DNA of 64,000 nt from Dehalococcoidia bacterium (GTDB lineage: Bacteria; Chloroflexota; Dehalococcoidia; Bin125): the NCBI GenBank assembly GCA_963663895.2, contig CAXXRD010000001.1, positions 480,001 to 544,000 on the forward strand, written 5' to 3'. The notes below the pieces were generated by a model, which saw nothing but the letters and a program-made list of their open reading frames with translations, searched no databases and was not told the origin of the DNA. This document shows, one piece after another, positions 48,500 through 58,156 of the stretch (within the stretch, counting starts at the first letter, position 1; each line of letters opens with the position of its first letter). The position numbers were made by a program, and so were the translations under genes.

Positions 48500-49159
48500 G
48501 TGCCGCCGGCCGGCATCCCAGAGATCGTCATCGATCGACTGCCGCTGTACGTGCGGGCATTGGCGCTGCTTGCGACCAACGGGCAGGAGATCATCAGCTC
48601 CAAGGAGCTGGGCGAAGAGCTGGGCGTGACGCCGGCCCAAATCCGCAAGGACCTCTCCTACTTCGGCCGTTTCGGCAAGCAGGGCAGCGGCTACAACGTC
48701 GCCCAGCTGCTCGACGAGCTGCGGGAGGTGTTGGGGCTCACGCAGCGCTGGTCCATGGCGCTCCTGGGCGTGGGGCGCCTGGGACGGGCCATCCTGAGCT
48801 ACGGCGGCTTCGGCTCCCAGCAGCTCCACGTCGCCAAGGCCTTCGACTCCGACCCGGCGGTCATCGGGACGGAGATCGGCGGCGTGGTGGTGGAGGACAT
48901 CAAGGATGTCGCGGCCAGCCTGGAGGCCCTGCCCGTCGAGATCGCCATCGTGGCCGTGCCGCCGCACGCGGCCCAGCCGGTGATCGACGCACTCGTCGCC
49001 GCCGGCGTGCGCGCCATCCTCAACTACGCGCCGATCGCCGTGCGCGTGCCCCCCGGCGTCCGCTGCCGCAACGTGGACCCCGTCGTCTACCTGCACGCCA
49101 TGACGTACCACTTGAAGAGCGACGCCCGCGGCGGCTCCGACGCAGCCCCGGTTTCTTAG
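48500..49159 (+). CDS. rex: Redox-sensing transcriptional repressor Rex
   Basis: RLPLY.R.L, ISS.EL, QIRKDLSYFG.FG..G.GY, G.GRLG.A, ILNYAP. Confidence 0.95.
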   Translation: MPPAGIPEIVIDRLPLYVRALALLATNGQEIISSKELGEELGVTPAQIRKDLSYFGRFGKQGSGYNVAQLLDELREVLGLTQRWSMALLGVGRLGRAILSYGGFGSQQLHVAKAFDSDPAVIGTEIGGVVVEDIKDVAASLEALPVEIAIVAVPPHAAQPVIDALVAAGVRAILNYAPIAVRVPPGVRCRNVDPVVYLHAMTYHLKSDARGGSDAAPVS

Positions 49160-49174
49160 GAAGTTTCTTAGGAA
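49151..49174. repeat. 12-bp tandem duplication GTTTCTTAGGAA x2
   Basis: Exact copies at 49151-49162 and 49163-49174, overlapping the rex stop codon. Confidence 0.8.
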
Positions 49175-49282
49175 AAAGCCGGGCAAGCTTCCGGACCCTA
49201 GCCGCAGGACGGGTCCAGCGTCGGGTAACTCAACCAGCAGCGCGGTTTACATGCGGACGAACAAGGGCTTCCAAGGCACGCG

Positions 49283-52159
49283 TCACGCTGGCTGATCGAT
49301 CTCGAAGACCTTCAGCACTTCGTCGCCGTAGTGGTTGATCACCTTGACGGCGATCTTGCCGCTCGCGGGAGGCGGGAAGGGGCGACTGCGCGTCGCGTAG
49401 AGCGACGCCCACGCTTCCTCGTCGATCTCAGCGCGGAGCGCGCGCTTGAGCCGATCGTAGGGCTCGTCCGCGCCGGTGAAGTAGGCGTGGCGCACGAAGA
49501 AGCTCTGCTCGTCGTAGTCGCTGTCGATGAACCAGCAGGCGATATCATCCGTGGAGGCGGATCGCACCGCGCCGGTGGTCGGATCGTAGACATCGACGCC
49601 GCGTATCTCGACGACGATCGCGCCATCCGGCGTTCGCTCGATCTCAACATCCGGCTCGCCGAAGACGGTGAAGAGGTTGCCGGCGCCGGTCTTCTTCAGT
49701 AGCTCGTCGCCCATCGCGAGGTCGGGGTTCATCCGCGCGAGCATCACCGGCAGCTTGCCGTACTTGCGTTCGCTCTCGGCGACGGCGAAGCTGTCATCCT
49801 CGCCGCTCCCAGCGCCCGGCGCGGAGGCGAACTCCTCTGTTTTCTCGCCGGCGCGGGCGTCGAAGGCGAAACCGCAGACCACGAGCAGGTCGTAGCCGAG
49901 GCCGCGGATCGCCGCCTTCGCCGCCCGCTCCACCTGCTCCGCGCCGACCGTCCCGTGCTCGGGGCCGATCGAGACGGCGACGCGCCGGGGCGTGCCGCCC
50001 TTGTCCTCGAACTCGCCCTCGGCGTGAATCCAGGGATCGCCCGCCAGCGGGTCGAGGCGCGAGAAGACGAGCCGCTCGTCACGCTTCGTATTCTGCACGC
50101 CGGCTTTGCCGAGATTCTCGATGATGGTGGCGGCGAAGTCCGGGCGCACTGGATCTCCCGTCGCCTCGCGCACCGCGGCGGGCACATCCTCGTCGGCGGC
50201 GATCATGCGGTGCGGCGAGAGGCTCTCGACGGTGAACGGGCCGGCGACGCGCACACGGCTGCTGTCCTCGTAGGGTTGGTCGTAGAGGATCTCGCTCTCC
50301 GAGTTGCGGGCGATCGACTCGTCGATCTCACGCTGGCGGGCGAGGCGCTGCTCCCACCACTGCTTGTGCGCCGCAGCGGCCGGGGCCGGCCACGCCTCGC
50401 CGGCCTTGCGGGGAACCTCCCACTCCTCCCAGGACTCGCCCAACGCATCGTTGAGCGCCGCGCGCAGCGGTTCGAGGCGCTCCTGGAAGCGCTCCCAGAT
50501 GTCGTCGATCTCCTCGTTGTTGGCGATGTCGCGCAGTTGGATGTGCGGCGCGCGCCTGTAGACGAAGCCCTGCCGTACGTCGCCCGAGGTCGGGCCGTCG
50601 CCGGCGGGCCGGCCGCTGACCTTCGCCTCCTGCGCGCGGCCCTCGGGCGTGTCGGCAAGGTGATAGTACGGATAGCGGGCCGCCATCAGCCGCGTGCGCG
50701 CCAGCGTCAGCGCCACCCGCGACGTGTCGACCGTGATCCAGCGCCGTCCCCACTGCTCGGCGACGTACGCCGTCGTGCCGCTGCCGCACGTCGGGTCGAG
50801 CACGAGGTCGCCGGGATCCGTCGCCATGAGAATGCAGCGCTCGATGACTTTGTTCGTGGTCTGAACGACATAGATCTTCGGGTCGTTGAAACCCCCGGAC
50901 TGCGTATCGAGCCACATGTTCGTGAGCGCCGTAGCTGCGAACGAGTCCCAGTACAGCTTGTGGTGGACCGAGCTTCCTGAACGGAGAATCTTGCCGGCGC
51001 GGACCAGCCGGTCACGGCCGACACGCTTTACTTTCCAGTGCTGGTTCGCAGGGGGCTCGAAGACACTCCCCTCAAAGACGAACTCTTGGTCACCGGAACT
51101 TCGACCCTCGGACAAGAGCGGCCCGCTCCGGAATATTCGTGCTCCATCCGGGAGTGCTCTGCGGCGCTGCCGCTCATCTCTCGTCATGCGACGTATCGTC
51201 CCGTCAGACAGCTCTAGCAGCACGTAATTCGGGTCGGTCATCGGAGGCTCTGGTTGTAGCTGGAATATCTTTCTGGTCTTCGCAAGAGAAGCGTCACGTG
51301 CATACCAAAGCACGTGGTCGGAGACGTTCCCGATCGCAGCCTGACCGAAGCCTCCGGTCTTCTGGAACGTGACACTTGACACGAAGCCGTCACTGCCGAA
51401 GACCTCATCCAGCAGTGAGCGGACGAGATGCACGTTCTCATCGCCGATCTGGACGAAGATGCTGCCCGTCTCGTTGAGCAGCTCGCGAGCAACCCTGAAG
51501 CGATCACGCAGGTAGGTAAGGTAGGAGTGGATGTGGAGTTTCCAGGTGTCGCGGAAGGCGCGCACCTGCTCGGGCTGCCGCGTCGTGTCCTCGGCGCGGC
51601 CGTCGCGCACGTCGCGCTTGCGGGTGGAGACCTGCCAGTTGGAGCCGAACTTGATGCCGTAGGGCGGGTCGATATAGATGCACTGGACCTTGCCGCGCAG
51701 CCCCTCCTTCTCCGCCAGCGAGGTCATGACCAACAGTGAGTCGCCGAGGATCATGCGGTTGGACCAGTGCTGGTCGTGCTCGTAGAACTCCAGCTTCCGC
51801 TCCAGGTCGTCCAAGCCGTTGAAGTCGGCGAAGAGGTCGAGCTGGTGCGCGCCCTGCGGATGGCCGTTGCGCCGCAGATCCTCAATGATCGCCTGCGGCT
51901 GGATCTTCTCCTGGATGTAGACGGGCACGACGGGTACAACGAGGTCGTCGCCGTCGAGATCATCCTTGCCCTGCCAGACGAGCTGGGGGTCGAGCGCGGG
52001 ATCGCGCGGCCAGCGCAAGTGGTCGCGGATGTCCTCCTCTTCGTCGGGGATGAACTCGCGCAGCTCCTCGGTGGGGATGTTCTTGCGGCTGTCCTCGTGC
52101 CGGATCGCGTCGATCCGGGTTCGCCTCTTGCTCTTCTTGCCGCGCCGCGGCGCCATCAT
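49283..52159 (-). CDS. mod: Type III restriction-modification methyltransferase (beta class)
   Basis: NRMILGDSL, YIDPPYG, central TRD, LDPTCGSGTT, C-terminal IAVKVINHYGDE. Confidence 0.92.
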   Translation of the reverse strand: MMAPRRGKKSKRRTRIDAIRHEDSRKNIPTEELREFIPDEEEDIRDHLRWPRDPALDPQLVWQGKDDLDGDDLVVPVVPVYIQEKIQPQAIIEDLRRNGHPQGAHQLDLFADFNGLDDLERKLEFYEHDQHWSNRMILGDSLLVMTSLAEKEGLRGKVQCIYIDPPYGIKFGSNWQVSTRKRDVRDGRAEDTTRQPEQVRAFRDTWKLHIHSYLTYLRDRFRVARELLNETGSIFVQIGDENVHLVRSLLDEVFGSDGFVSSVTFQKTGGFGQAAIGNVSDHVLWYARDASLAKTRKIFQLQPEPPMTDPNYVLLELSDGTIRRMTRDERQRRRALPDGARIFRSGPLLSEGRSSGDQEFVFEGSVFEPPANQHWKVKRVGRDRLVRAGKILRSGSSVHHKLYWDSFAATALTNMWLDTQSGGFNDPKIYVVQTTNKVIERCILMATDPGDLVLDPTCGSGTTAYVAEQWGRRWITVDTSRVALTLARTRLMAARYPYYHLADTPEGRAQEAKVSGRPAGDGPTSGDVRQGFVYRRAPHIQLRDIANNEEIDDIWERFQERLEPLRAALNDALGESWEEWEVPRKAGEAWPAPAAAAHKQWWEQRLARQREIDESIARNSESEILYDQPYEDSSRVRVAGPFTVESLSPHRMIAADEDVPAAVREATGDPVRPDFAATIIENLGKAGVQNTKRDERLVFSRLDPLAGDPWIHAEGEFEDKGGTPRRVAVSIGPEHGTVGAEQVERAAKAAIRGLGYDLLVVCGFAFDARAGEKTEEFASAPGAGSGEDDSFAVAESERKYGKLPVMLARMNPDLAMGDELLKKTGAGNLFTVFGEPDVEIERTPDGAIVVEIRGVDVYDPTTGAVRSASTDDIACWFIDSDYDEQSFFVRHAYFTGADEPYDRLKRALRAEIDEEAWASLYATRSRPFPPPASGKIAVKVINHYGDEVLKVFEIDQPA

Positions 52160-55100
52160 CAGCCTCCCGCCGCCTGCGCCGGCAGGTCGCGCTCCGCGAG
52201 CCAGGCGCGCAGCTCGGTTCGCAGGTTCCACGGGTCGCGCGCCTCGAAGAAGGCCCAGCGGCCCCAGCCGCCGGCGTTGTTGAGGGCGGGCGCCCAGAGC
52301 GTGCGCGCCGCTTCCGCCTTGGCCTGCTTCTCGGGCAAGTCGCGCCCGCTGACCTCCAGGACGACGTTGAGCAGGTCGCCGGGGCCATGCCCGTCCTCAA
52401 CGTGGGCGATGAAGTCCGGATAGTACCAGCGCTCAACGCCGGCGTGCGTGTAAGGAATGCGGAACTCGCAGCCGTGGTTCTTCACGTAGTGCAGGACTTC
52501 CGGCATCGTCTCCAGGGTTTCGGCGGTTTTCTGCTCCCAGCTGCCGGTGTCGGCGACGACGTGCGAGACGTGGCACTTGGCCTCGTTCGTAACCATCAGT
52601 GGGCGCGTGGTTTGCAAGTCGACGAAGCGCGAGGAGGCGCGTGGGTTGTAGTGGTTGACGATCGGCTTGAGCCGCTCGGCGCCCGGCCCGGAACGCGCGA
52701 TCGAACTGAAGATGCGCTCGGCGGCGCGGTCGCCGAGCCCGCCGACGAGCAGCAGTTGCGGATAGACGTTGTCCTTGAGAACAACGCACTCGCGCAGCCA
52801 CTGGCCTGCGATGCGCAGCAGCGACGGGAATGCCCAAAGTTGCCAGTTACCATCGCCATCGCGGAACTTCCGCTCCAGCACGCGACGCGCGAGGTGGAAG
52901 GCGATCGTCTGCTCCCGTTGCGCGCGCAGTGATTCCAACGTGTGCCTCTTGTCTTCGCCGATGATCGAGGAAACGTGCGTCTCCGTTGGCACGTCCTGTG
53001 TAGAGATGGCCATCCGCGAGTCCTCGCCGAACTGAGCCGTCAGCCGCTGCGGTGCGATGTCGTAGCGGTAGCCGGTGAGGTTCGGGAACGTGATCTCGGC
53101 GTGAGCGCGATCCGGCAGAGCGCGTACACGGGCCGGCTGCGGGCCGTCAATGACGCCCGTCGCCGCGCCGGAGGCGGGGATGAACGAGAAGGGAACGCCG
53201 TAGACCTCAGCGTACTCAGCGTCGAACATTCCCTCCGTGTTCGGCTCGTAGCTGCGTCGTCGCAGCGCCCGTCCAACGACCTGCTCGCAGAGCAATTGCG
53301 TGCCGAAAGCGCGGACGCCGAGAATGTGCGTGACGGTGTTCGCGTCCCAACCTTCGGTCAGCATCGAGACGGAGACCACGCACCGGATGCGCTCGCCGAG
53401 GCGTCCCGGCTTGCCGACGGTGTTCATGACCTCGCGCAGTAGATCTTCATCGCTCAGCGCCTCGGCATCGCGGCCGGGATAGCGGCGGCGGTACTCACGC
53501 TTGAACTCCTCGATCTCGCGCTTCGCGACACGCTTAAAGGTGCCGCTCATCTGCTCGCCGGACTCCAGCTCGGCGCTGTCGATCAGGATCGTGTTCGGCC
53601 GATCGCTCCAGCGGCCATCCATCGTATTGCTGAAAAGCGGCAGGGCGCCGTCGTGAACGTACGGCCCGGCACCGTCCCCGCGCTGCTCCTCCCAACCGCC
53701 CACGAAGTCGTAAATCAACTTCGAGACGTTGGTGTTGTTGCAAACAATGATGAAGACGGGCGGCGAGCCGTGCTCGCGGGCGGCCGCATCGGCTTCCCAG
53801 CGCTCGTGGGAACGCTTGTAGTTGTCGTAGAGCTGGCGCAATGCCGCTTCCAGAGCTTCGGGTAAGTGCGGCTCGCCGGAGACCGTATCGACCTTACGCC
53901 CGTGCTTCGGAAGACCGTCGCGGATCTGGATCCAGAGGTTGCGATAGACCGGCAGATCCGAAGTTCCCGCATCGTCGCTAACCGGTACGCGTGGAACCTT
54001 CACGATCCCGCTCTCGATCGCATCGATCAGTGAGAAGTCGGAGACCACCCACGGGAACAACGTGCCTTCGTCGTAGCCGGAGCCGCGCAGAAAGAACGGC
54101 GTCGCCGAGAGGTCATAGACAACCTTGATGCCAAGTCTCCGCTGCACCGCCTGTAAGCCGGTGAGCCAGACGCGGGCATCCTCATTGCGCTGCTTGGCCT
54201 CGCGACGTTCGTCGGCGCTCAGTCGCTGCTTCTTCGCCGCCTCGCGCCCGCGGTAGCAGTGGTGCGCCTCGTCGTTGAAGACGATGATCTGCCGCTTCGT
54301 CCCGAGGCCGAGCTCGCGACGCAGACGCATCACCACCTGCGCCTCCGTCTCGACGTGTCCGACGCCTATGGGCGCACCGCCCGCCTCAATGATCGCCTGA
54401 TGCAATTTGCCGGCGTCGCTCGTCTTGCGCGGTTGGAACTTGTGGTAGTTGGCTATATGAATCTTCGCCTGCCCGAGCCGATCGGTGAGATCGGGCGGCA
54501 CGATGTCGCGCTCCGCGTAGTAGTTCCCCGGATCGCTCGGCAGTAGTACGCGCAGCCGGTCGCGGATGGTGATGCCGGGCGTCACTACGAGGAAAGCGTC
54601 GGTGAAGCGCGCGTCGCGTGATGCGGCGTGCTTGTTCAGCGACTGCCACGCGATCAGCATCGCCATCAGCACCGTCTTGCCGGAACCGGTCGCCATCTTG
54701 AAAGCGATGCGGTAGAGACCGTCGTTCCACTCGCGCGCGTGATCCCGCAGTTGGTTCTCGATCCAACTGTCGCCATGCCGCGACGCGACCTCTGCTAGGT
54801 AGATCGCGGTCTCGGCGGCTTCGATCTGACAGAAGAAGAGCTTGCGCTCACGGTCCGGCGACTGCCAGTAGTCGAGCAGGCGACGGGTGGTGCGCGTCAC
54901 ACCGACATAGCCACCATTCCGCCAGCGCACCACGCGTTCACGCACACGGTTGACGAACTCGTTCTCCTCGATACGGTCCTGCGTCCACTCTGCGGCAAGG
55001 GCAAGTTGCCCTTGGCTTCGCTTTGAAGCCGGCACCGGCACGAAATACGAACTCGGCCGCCGACCTTCGACGATGTCGCTTGTGATCCCTTGGTCGTCGA

Positions 55101-55170
55101 AGCGGAAGTGACGGCTCGGCTCCACGAACGGTGAATTGAGGACCGGGTTCTCGATGACGACGTTCGGCAT
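52159..55170 (-). CDS. res: Type III restriction endonuclease (SF2 ATPase plus PD-(D/E)xK; BPTD_3080-like)
   Basis: MATGSGKT, DEAHH, LSATP, MLTEGWD, QVVGRALR, YYPDF...LEVSG; res precedes mod with a TGA/ATG overlap. Confidence 0.92.
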   Translation of the reverse strand: MPNVVIENPVLNSPFVEPSRHFRFDDQGITSDIVEGRRPSSYFVPVPASKRSQGQLALAAEWTQDRIEENEFVNRVRERVVRWRNGGYVGVTRTTRRLLDYWQSPDRERKLFFCQIEAAETAIYLAEVASRHGDSWIENQLRDHAREWNDGLYRIAFKMATGSGKTVLMAMLIAWQSLNKHAASRDARFTDAFLVVTPGITIRDRLRVLLPSDPGNYYAERDIVPPDLTDRLGQAKIHIANYHKFQPRKTSDAGKLHQAIIEAGGAPIGVGHVETEAQVVMRLRRELGLGTKRQIIVFNDEAHHCYRGREAAKKQRLSADERREAKQRNEDARVWLTGLQAVQRRLGIKVVYDLSATPFFLRGSGYDEGTLFPWVVSDFSLIDAIESGIVKVPRVPVSDDAGTSDLPVYRNLWIQIRDGLPKHGRKVDTVSGEPHLPEALEAALRQLYDNYKRSHERWEADAAAREHGSPPVFIIVCNNTNVSKLIYDFVGGWEEQRGDGAGPYVHDGALPLFSNTMDGRWSDRPNTILIDSAELESGEQMSGTFKRVAKREIEEFKREYRRRYPGRDAEALSDEDLLREVMNTVGKPGRLGERIRCVVSVSMLTEGWDANTVTHILGVRAFGTQLLCEQVVGRALRRRSYEPNTEGMFDAEYAEVYGVPFSFIPASGAATGVIDGPQPARVRALPDRAHAEITFPNLTGYRYDIAPQRLTAQFGEDSRMAISTQDVPTETHVSSIIGEDKRHTLESLRAQREQTIAFHLARRVLERKFRDGDGNWQLWAFPSLLRIAGQWLRECVVLKDNVYPQLLLVGGLGDRAAERIFSSIARSGPGAERLKPIVNHYNPRASSRFVDLQTTRPLMVTNEAKCHVSHVVADTGSWEQKTAETLETMPEVLHYVKNHGCEFRIPYTHAGVERWYYPDFIAHVEDGHGPGDLLNVVLEVSGRDLPEKQAKAEAARTLWAPALNNAGGWGRWAFFEARDPWNLRTELRAWLAERDLPAQAAGG

Positions 55171-55284
55171 CAGTACTCCCAGCACGTTTGCGCAGCCGTA
55201 GAGGCGAAGATTACAGCCTCATGGGAGAAGAGAGGGGTCCGAGGATCAGTACCCATCCACGAACTGGCCGAGTCAGCCGCTTGC

Positions 55285-55306
55285 GTCACCACTGCACAAA
55301 CATCGG
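55285..55306. repeat. Duplicated dnaN 3' end (att site), partner 63214-63235
   Basis: GTCACCACTGCACAAACATCGG vs GTCACCATTGAACAAACATCGG (20/22); both encode PMFVQW* on the minus strand. Confidence 0.9.
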
Positions 55307-55527
55307 GATCAATGTTCCAAAACGACCAAAAGGGCAGTGTGTCATTCGCCTTGATTGTTCGTCTCTCGGGATGAGGTGCTCGAACCGGCTCCCTTCTCGG
55401 CGATCGCGCCGTCTATGCGTCGACGCCGACTGACCATGTGCTCGGGCGAAGAGCTGGGCATTCGGCGTCTCGCGAGGCTACCGCTCTGAGCCCGGCCCGC
55501 CTGTGGATGAAGGGGAAAACGTCCACG

Positions 55528-55575
55528 GTTCGCGACCATCCCGGTGGGCCTACACGTACTGTACTGCGAACTTTC
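55528..55575. repeat. att-like site 4: 44-bp imperfect palindrome whose right arm is identical to site 1
   Basis: GTTCGC-GACCATCCCGGTGGG-CC-TACACGTACTGTACT-GCGAAC, with outer GTTCGC/GCGAAC and inner GTG/CAC symmetry around CC (55549-55550). Confidence 0.8.
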
Positions 55576-55671
55576 TCGTGGGCGGTCTCGCTATAGACCG
55601 CTCTGACCAAGCGGAGACTGGTGAAGACCATCCCTCCAAGACAGTACCCGCGCTTCGACACTTCCCAACGC

Positions 55672-56179
55672 TCAGTCTGCGAGTGCCTTCAACAGAGCCT
55701 CGCGGGCGTCGGAGTAGTAGAGGATTGTGAGCTTCGTGGCCATCTCGTCGGAGAGGTCGTTCAGCTGTTTCCTGGCCGAGATTGACACCAAGAGGGCGCT
55801 GGCGGCCTTCTCGACAGCCAGTTCCGCGACCCTCACAGGGTCGTAGACCGGGTCGATCGCGCCACCGAGATTGAGTCCACCCACGGCGACCAAGGCCTCG
55901 CGCAGGCTCTTGCCAAGCAATGCACTGCACAAGGCGAGTAGCGCCGGAAGCCCCAAGAACGCCCCGCTGCGGGATGCGTCGAAACTGCGAAGCTGCACCA
56001 AAAACTCGTGCGCGCTTGGGCTCCGGTCGCCCACAAGCTCGTTGGCGCGCGCCATCAGGTTGCCTTCCGCGTAGCGGACGCTCTCGCGGAACGGTCCCGG
56101 AGCTGGGACATTCGTGATCCGTACACCGGAACCCGGGTTCACGTTGACGTCGATACGGTAGAGCCCGGCGTGCTCATCT
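55672..56179 (-). pseudogene. brxL: C-terminal Lon-like protease domain remnant of BREX BrxL
   Basis: DEHAGLYRIDV..., GGLNLGG, AVEKAA..LL, QL.DLSD, FY.D..AL.KAL-type ending; the N-terminal and AAA+ regions are missing, and the macB-like stop is 17 bp away. Confidence 0.75.
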
Positions 56180-56195
56180 GGTAGAGGGGTAGGCG

Positions 56196-57452
56196 CTACT
56201 CGTTGCGGAGCGCGGCGATCGGGTCGACGGTGGTGGCGCGATAGGCCGGGTAGCTGCCGCTCGCGAAGCCCACGCCTGCCGCCACCAGGAACGCCATCGC
56301 GATGCTCCAGGGCTGGATCAGTGTCGTCATCTCCTGGCCGCCCAGTTCGCGCCCGTCGACGGCGAGCGAGGCGCCGATGCCGATCGCGATCCCCACGACG
56401 CCGCCGAAGAGGCTGAGCGTCAGCGCCTCGGTCACGAACTGCTTGACGATGTCGCCGGCCGTCGCGCCCACGGCGCGGCGGATGCCGATCTCGCGGGTCC
56501 GCTCGGTGACGGAGACGAGCATGATGTTCATCACCCCGATCCCGCCGACCAGCAGCGAGATGCCGGCGATGCTGCCGAGCAGGATCGAGAGGGTGTTGCT
56601 GACCTCGGTAGCGGCGCTGATCAGGTCGTCCTGGCTCTGGATCACGAAGTCCGGCTCGGGCGTCTCGTGGAGGAAGAGCAGCAACTCGCTGACCTCGTCC
56701 TTGACGCGCTGCTCGTCGGCGCCGCTGGCGGTCTGGATGTCGATCTGCGTGACGCGCAGGTCGCCGGTGGGCGTGTAGAGGAAGCGCAGGCGGCCGGCGA
56801 CGCCGCTCAGCGGAACGAAGACCTGGTCGTTCGCCTCGCTCGCGCCGCCCTGCTCCTCGAGCACGCCGACCACGATGAAGGGGAACGTGATCCGCCCGCC
56901 CGCGAAGGAGAGCCGCACCTCCTGCCCGACGGGATCGAGGCCCCGGTAGAGGGTGTCGGCGACGCGCGCGCCCAGCGCGGCGACCAGCGAGCCGTCCTCG
57001 TCGTGCAACGGGGTGATGAAGGTCCCGGAGCGAATCCCCAGGTCGCGAACCTCAGCGTACGTGCTCGAGGTGCCGACGATCTCCGCGCCGACGTTGTTCG
57101 AACCGGCGACCGCCTGCGCGTCGACCGCGATCTGCGCCGCGACCGAGACGACGCCGGGGATCGCGTTGTCGGCGATCGCGGTCGCATCGCCCTGCACCAG
57201 CGTGGACTGCGCGAGCCCGCCGAGGCCTCCCGTTTGCGAGGTCGTCGCCGCCACGCTCGACTCGATGAAGATCAGGTCGGTGCCGAGTCCCCGGATCTGA
57301 TCCGTGACGCCGCGCTGCGTGCCCTGACCGACCGCGATCAACACGATCACAGAGCTGACGCCGATCACGAGGCCGAGCGAGGTGAGCGCGCTGCGCAGCC
57401 GGTTCGCGAAGATCGCACGCAGCGCGATGCGGAACGCGTCGAACGGGCTCAC
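56196..57452 (-). CDS. MacB/FtsX-family ABC permease
   Basis: NRLRSALT.LG..IGVSSVI, SLLVGGIGVMNIMLVSVTERTREIGIR.AVGA, YPA.RA...DPI.ALR.E. Confidence 0.93.
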   Translation of the reverse strand: MSPFDAFRIALRAIFANRLRSALTSLGLVIGVSSVIVLIAVGQGTQRGVTDQIRGLGTDLIFIESSVAATTSQTGGLGGLAQSTLVQGDATAIADNAIPGVVSVAAQIAVDAQAVAGSNNVGAEIVGTSSTYAEVRDLGIRSGTFITPLHDEDGSLVAALGARVADTLYRGLDPVGQEVRLSFAGGRITFPFIVVGVLEEQGGASEANDQVFVPLSGVAGRLRFLYTPTGDLRVTQIDIQTASGADEQRVKDEVSELLLFLHETPEPDFVIQSQDDLISAATEVSNTLSILLGSIAGISLLVGGIGVMNIMLVSVTERTREIGIRRAVGATAGDIVKQFVTEALTLSLFGGVVGIAIGIGASLAVDGRELGGQEMTTLIQPWSIAMAFLVAAGVGFASGSYPAYRATTVDPIAALRNE

Positions 57453-58156
57453 GGCACGGGCCCGTCCGCTGTCGCAGCCGCCACCGGGGCGCCGCTGTCC
57501 TCGATGATCCGTCCGTCGCGCATGCGCATGGTCCGGTTGGCATAGGCGGCGACCTCCGCCTCGTGCGTCACGAGCACGACCGTCAGCCCCTGCTGATCGA
57601 CCAGCTCGCTGAGCAGCGTCATCAGCTCGTGTTCGGTCGCCGTATCGAGGGCGCCCGTCGGCTCGTCGGCGAGTAGCACCAGCGGGTTCACGACCAGCGA
57701 GCGCGCGATCGCGACGCGCTGCTGCTCGCCGCCGGACAGCTCGGTCGGCAGGTGCGTGATGCGGTCCTGCAGGCCGACGCGCACGAGCGCCTCGGCGGCG
57801 CGCCGCTTGCGGTTGGGCGCACCCTGGTAGATCAGCGGCAGATCGACCTGCTCGAGGGCGGTCATGCGTGGCAGCAGGTTGTAAGACTGGAAGACGAAGC
57901 CGAAGGCGCTGCCGCGCAGCCGTGCGCGGGCGTCCTCGGAGAGCTGCGCGACATCGCGTCCCCCGAAGCCGTACTCGCCGCTGCTGGGGCGGTCGAGCAG
58001 GCCGATGATGTTCATCAGCGTGCTCTTGCCGGAGCCGGACTGCCCCATGATCGCGACGAACTCGCCTCGCCCGATCTCGAGGCTCACGCCGGCGAGGGCA
58101 TGCACCGCCGTCTCGCCGCTGGCGTAGATACGGGTCACGTCCTGGAGGTGGATCAC
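57449..58156 (-). CDS. MacB/LolD-type ABC ATPase
   Basis: GQSGSGKST, GFVFQSYNL, LSGGEQQRVAIAR, LADEPTGALD, VTHE. Confidence 0.95.
   Translation of the reverse strand: MIHLQDVTRIYASGETAVHALAGVSLEIGRGEFVAIMGQSGSGKSTLMNIIGLLDRPSSGEYGFGGRDVAQLSEDARARLRGSAFGFVFQSYNLLPRMTALEQVDLPLIYQGAPNRKRRAAEALVRVGLQDRITHLPTELSGGEQQRVAIARSLVVNPLVLLADEPTGALDTATEHELMTLLSELVDQQGLTVVLVTHEAEVAAYANRTMRMRDGRIIEDSGAPVAAATADGPVP

Noticed and set aside
49283-52159. Phase-variable mod (phasevarion)
   Set aside because: No simple-sequence repeat tract seen in or upstream of mod.
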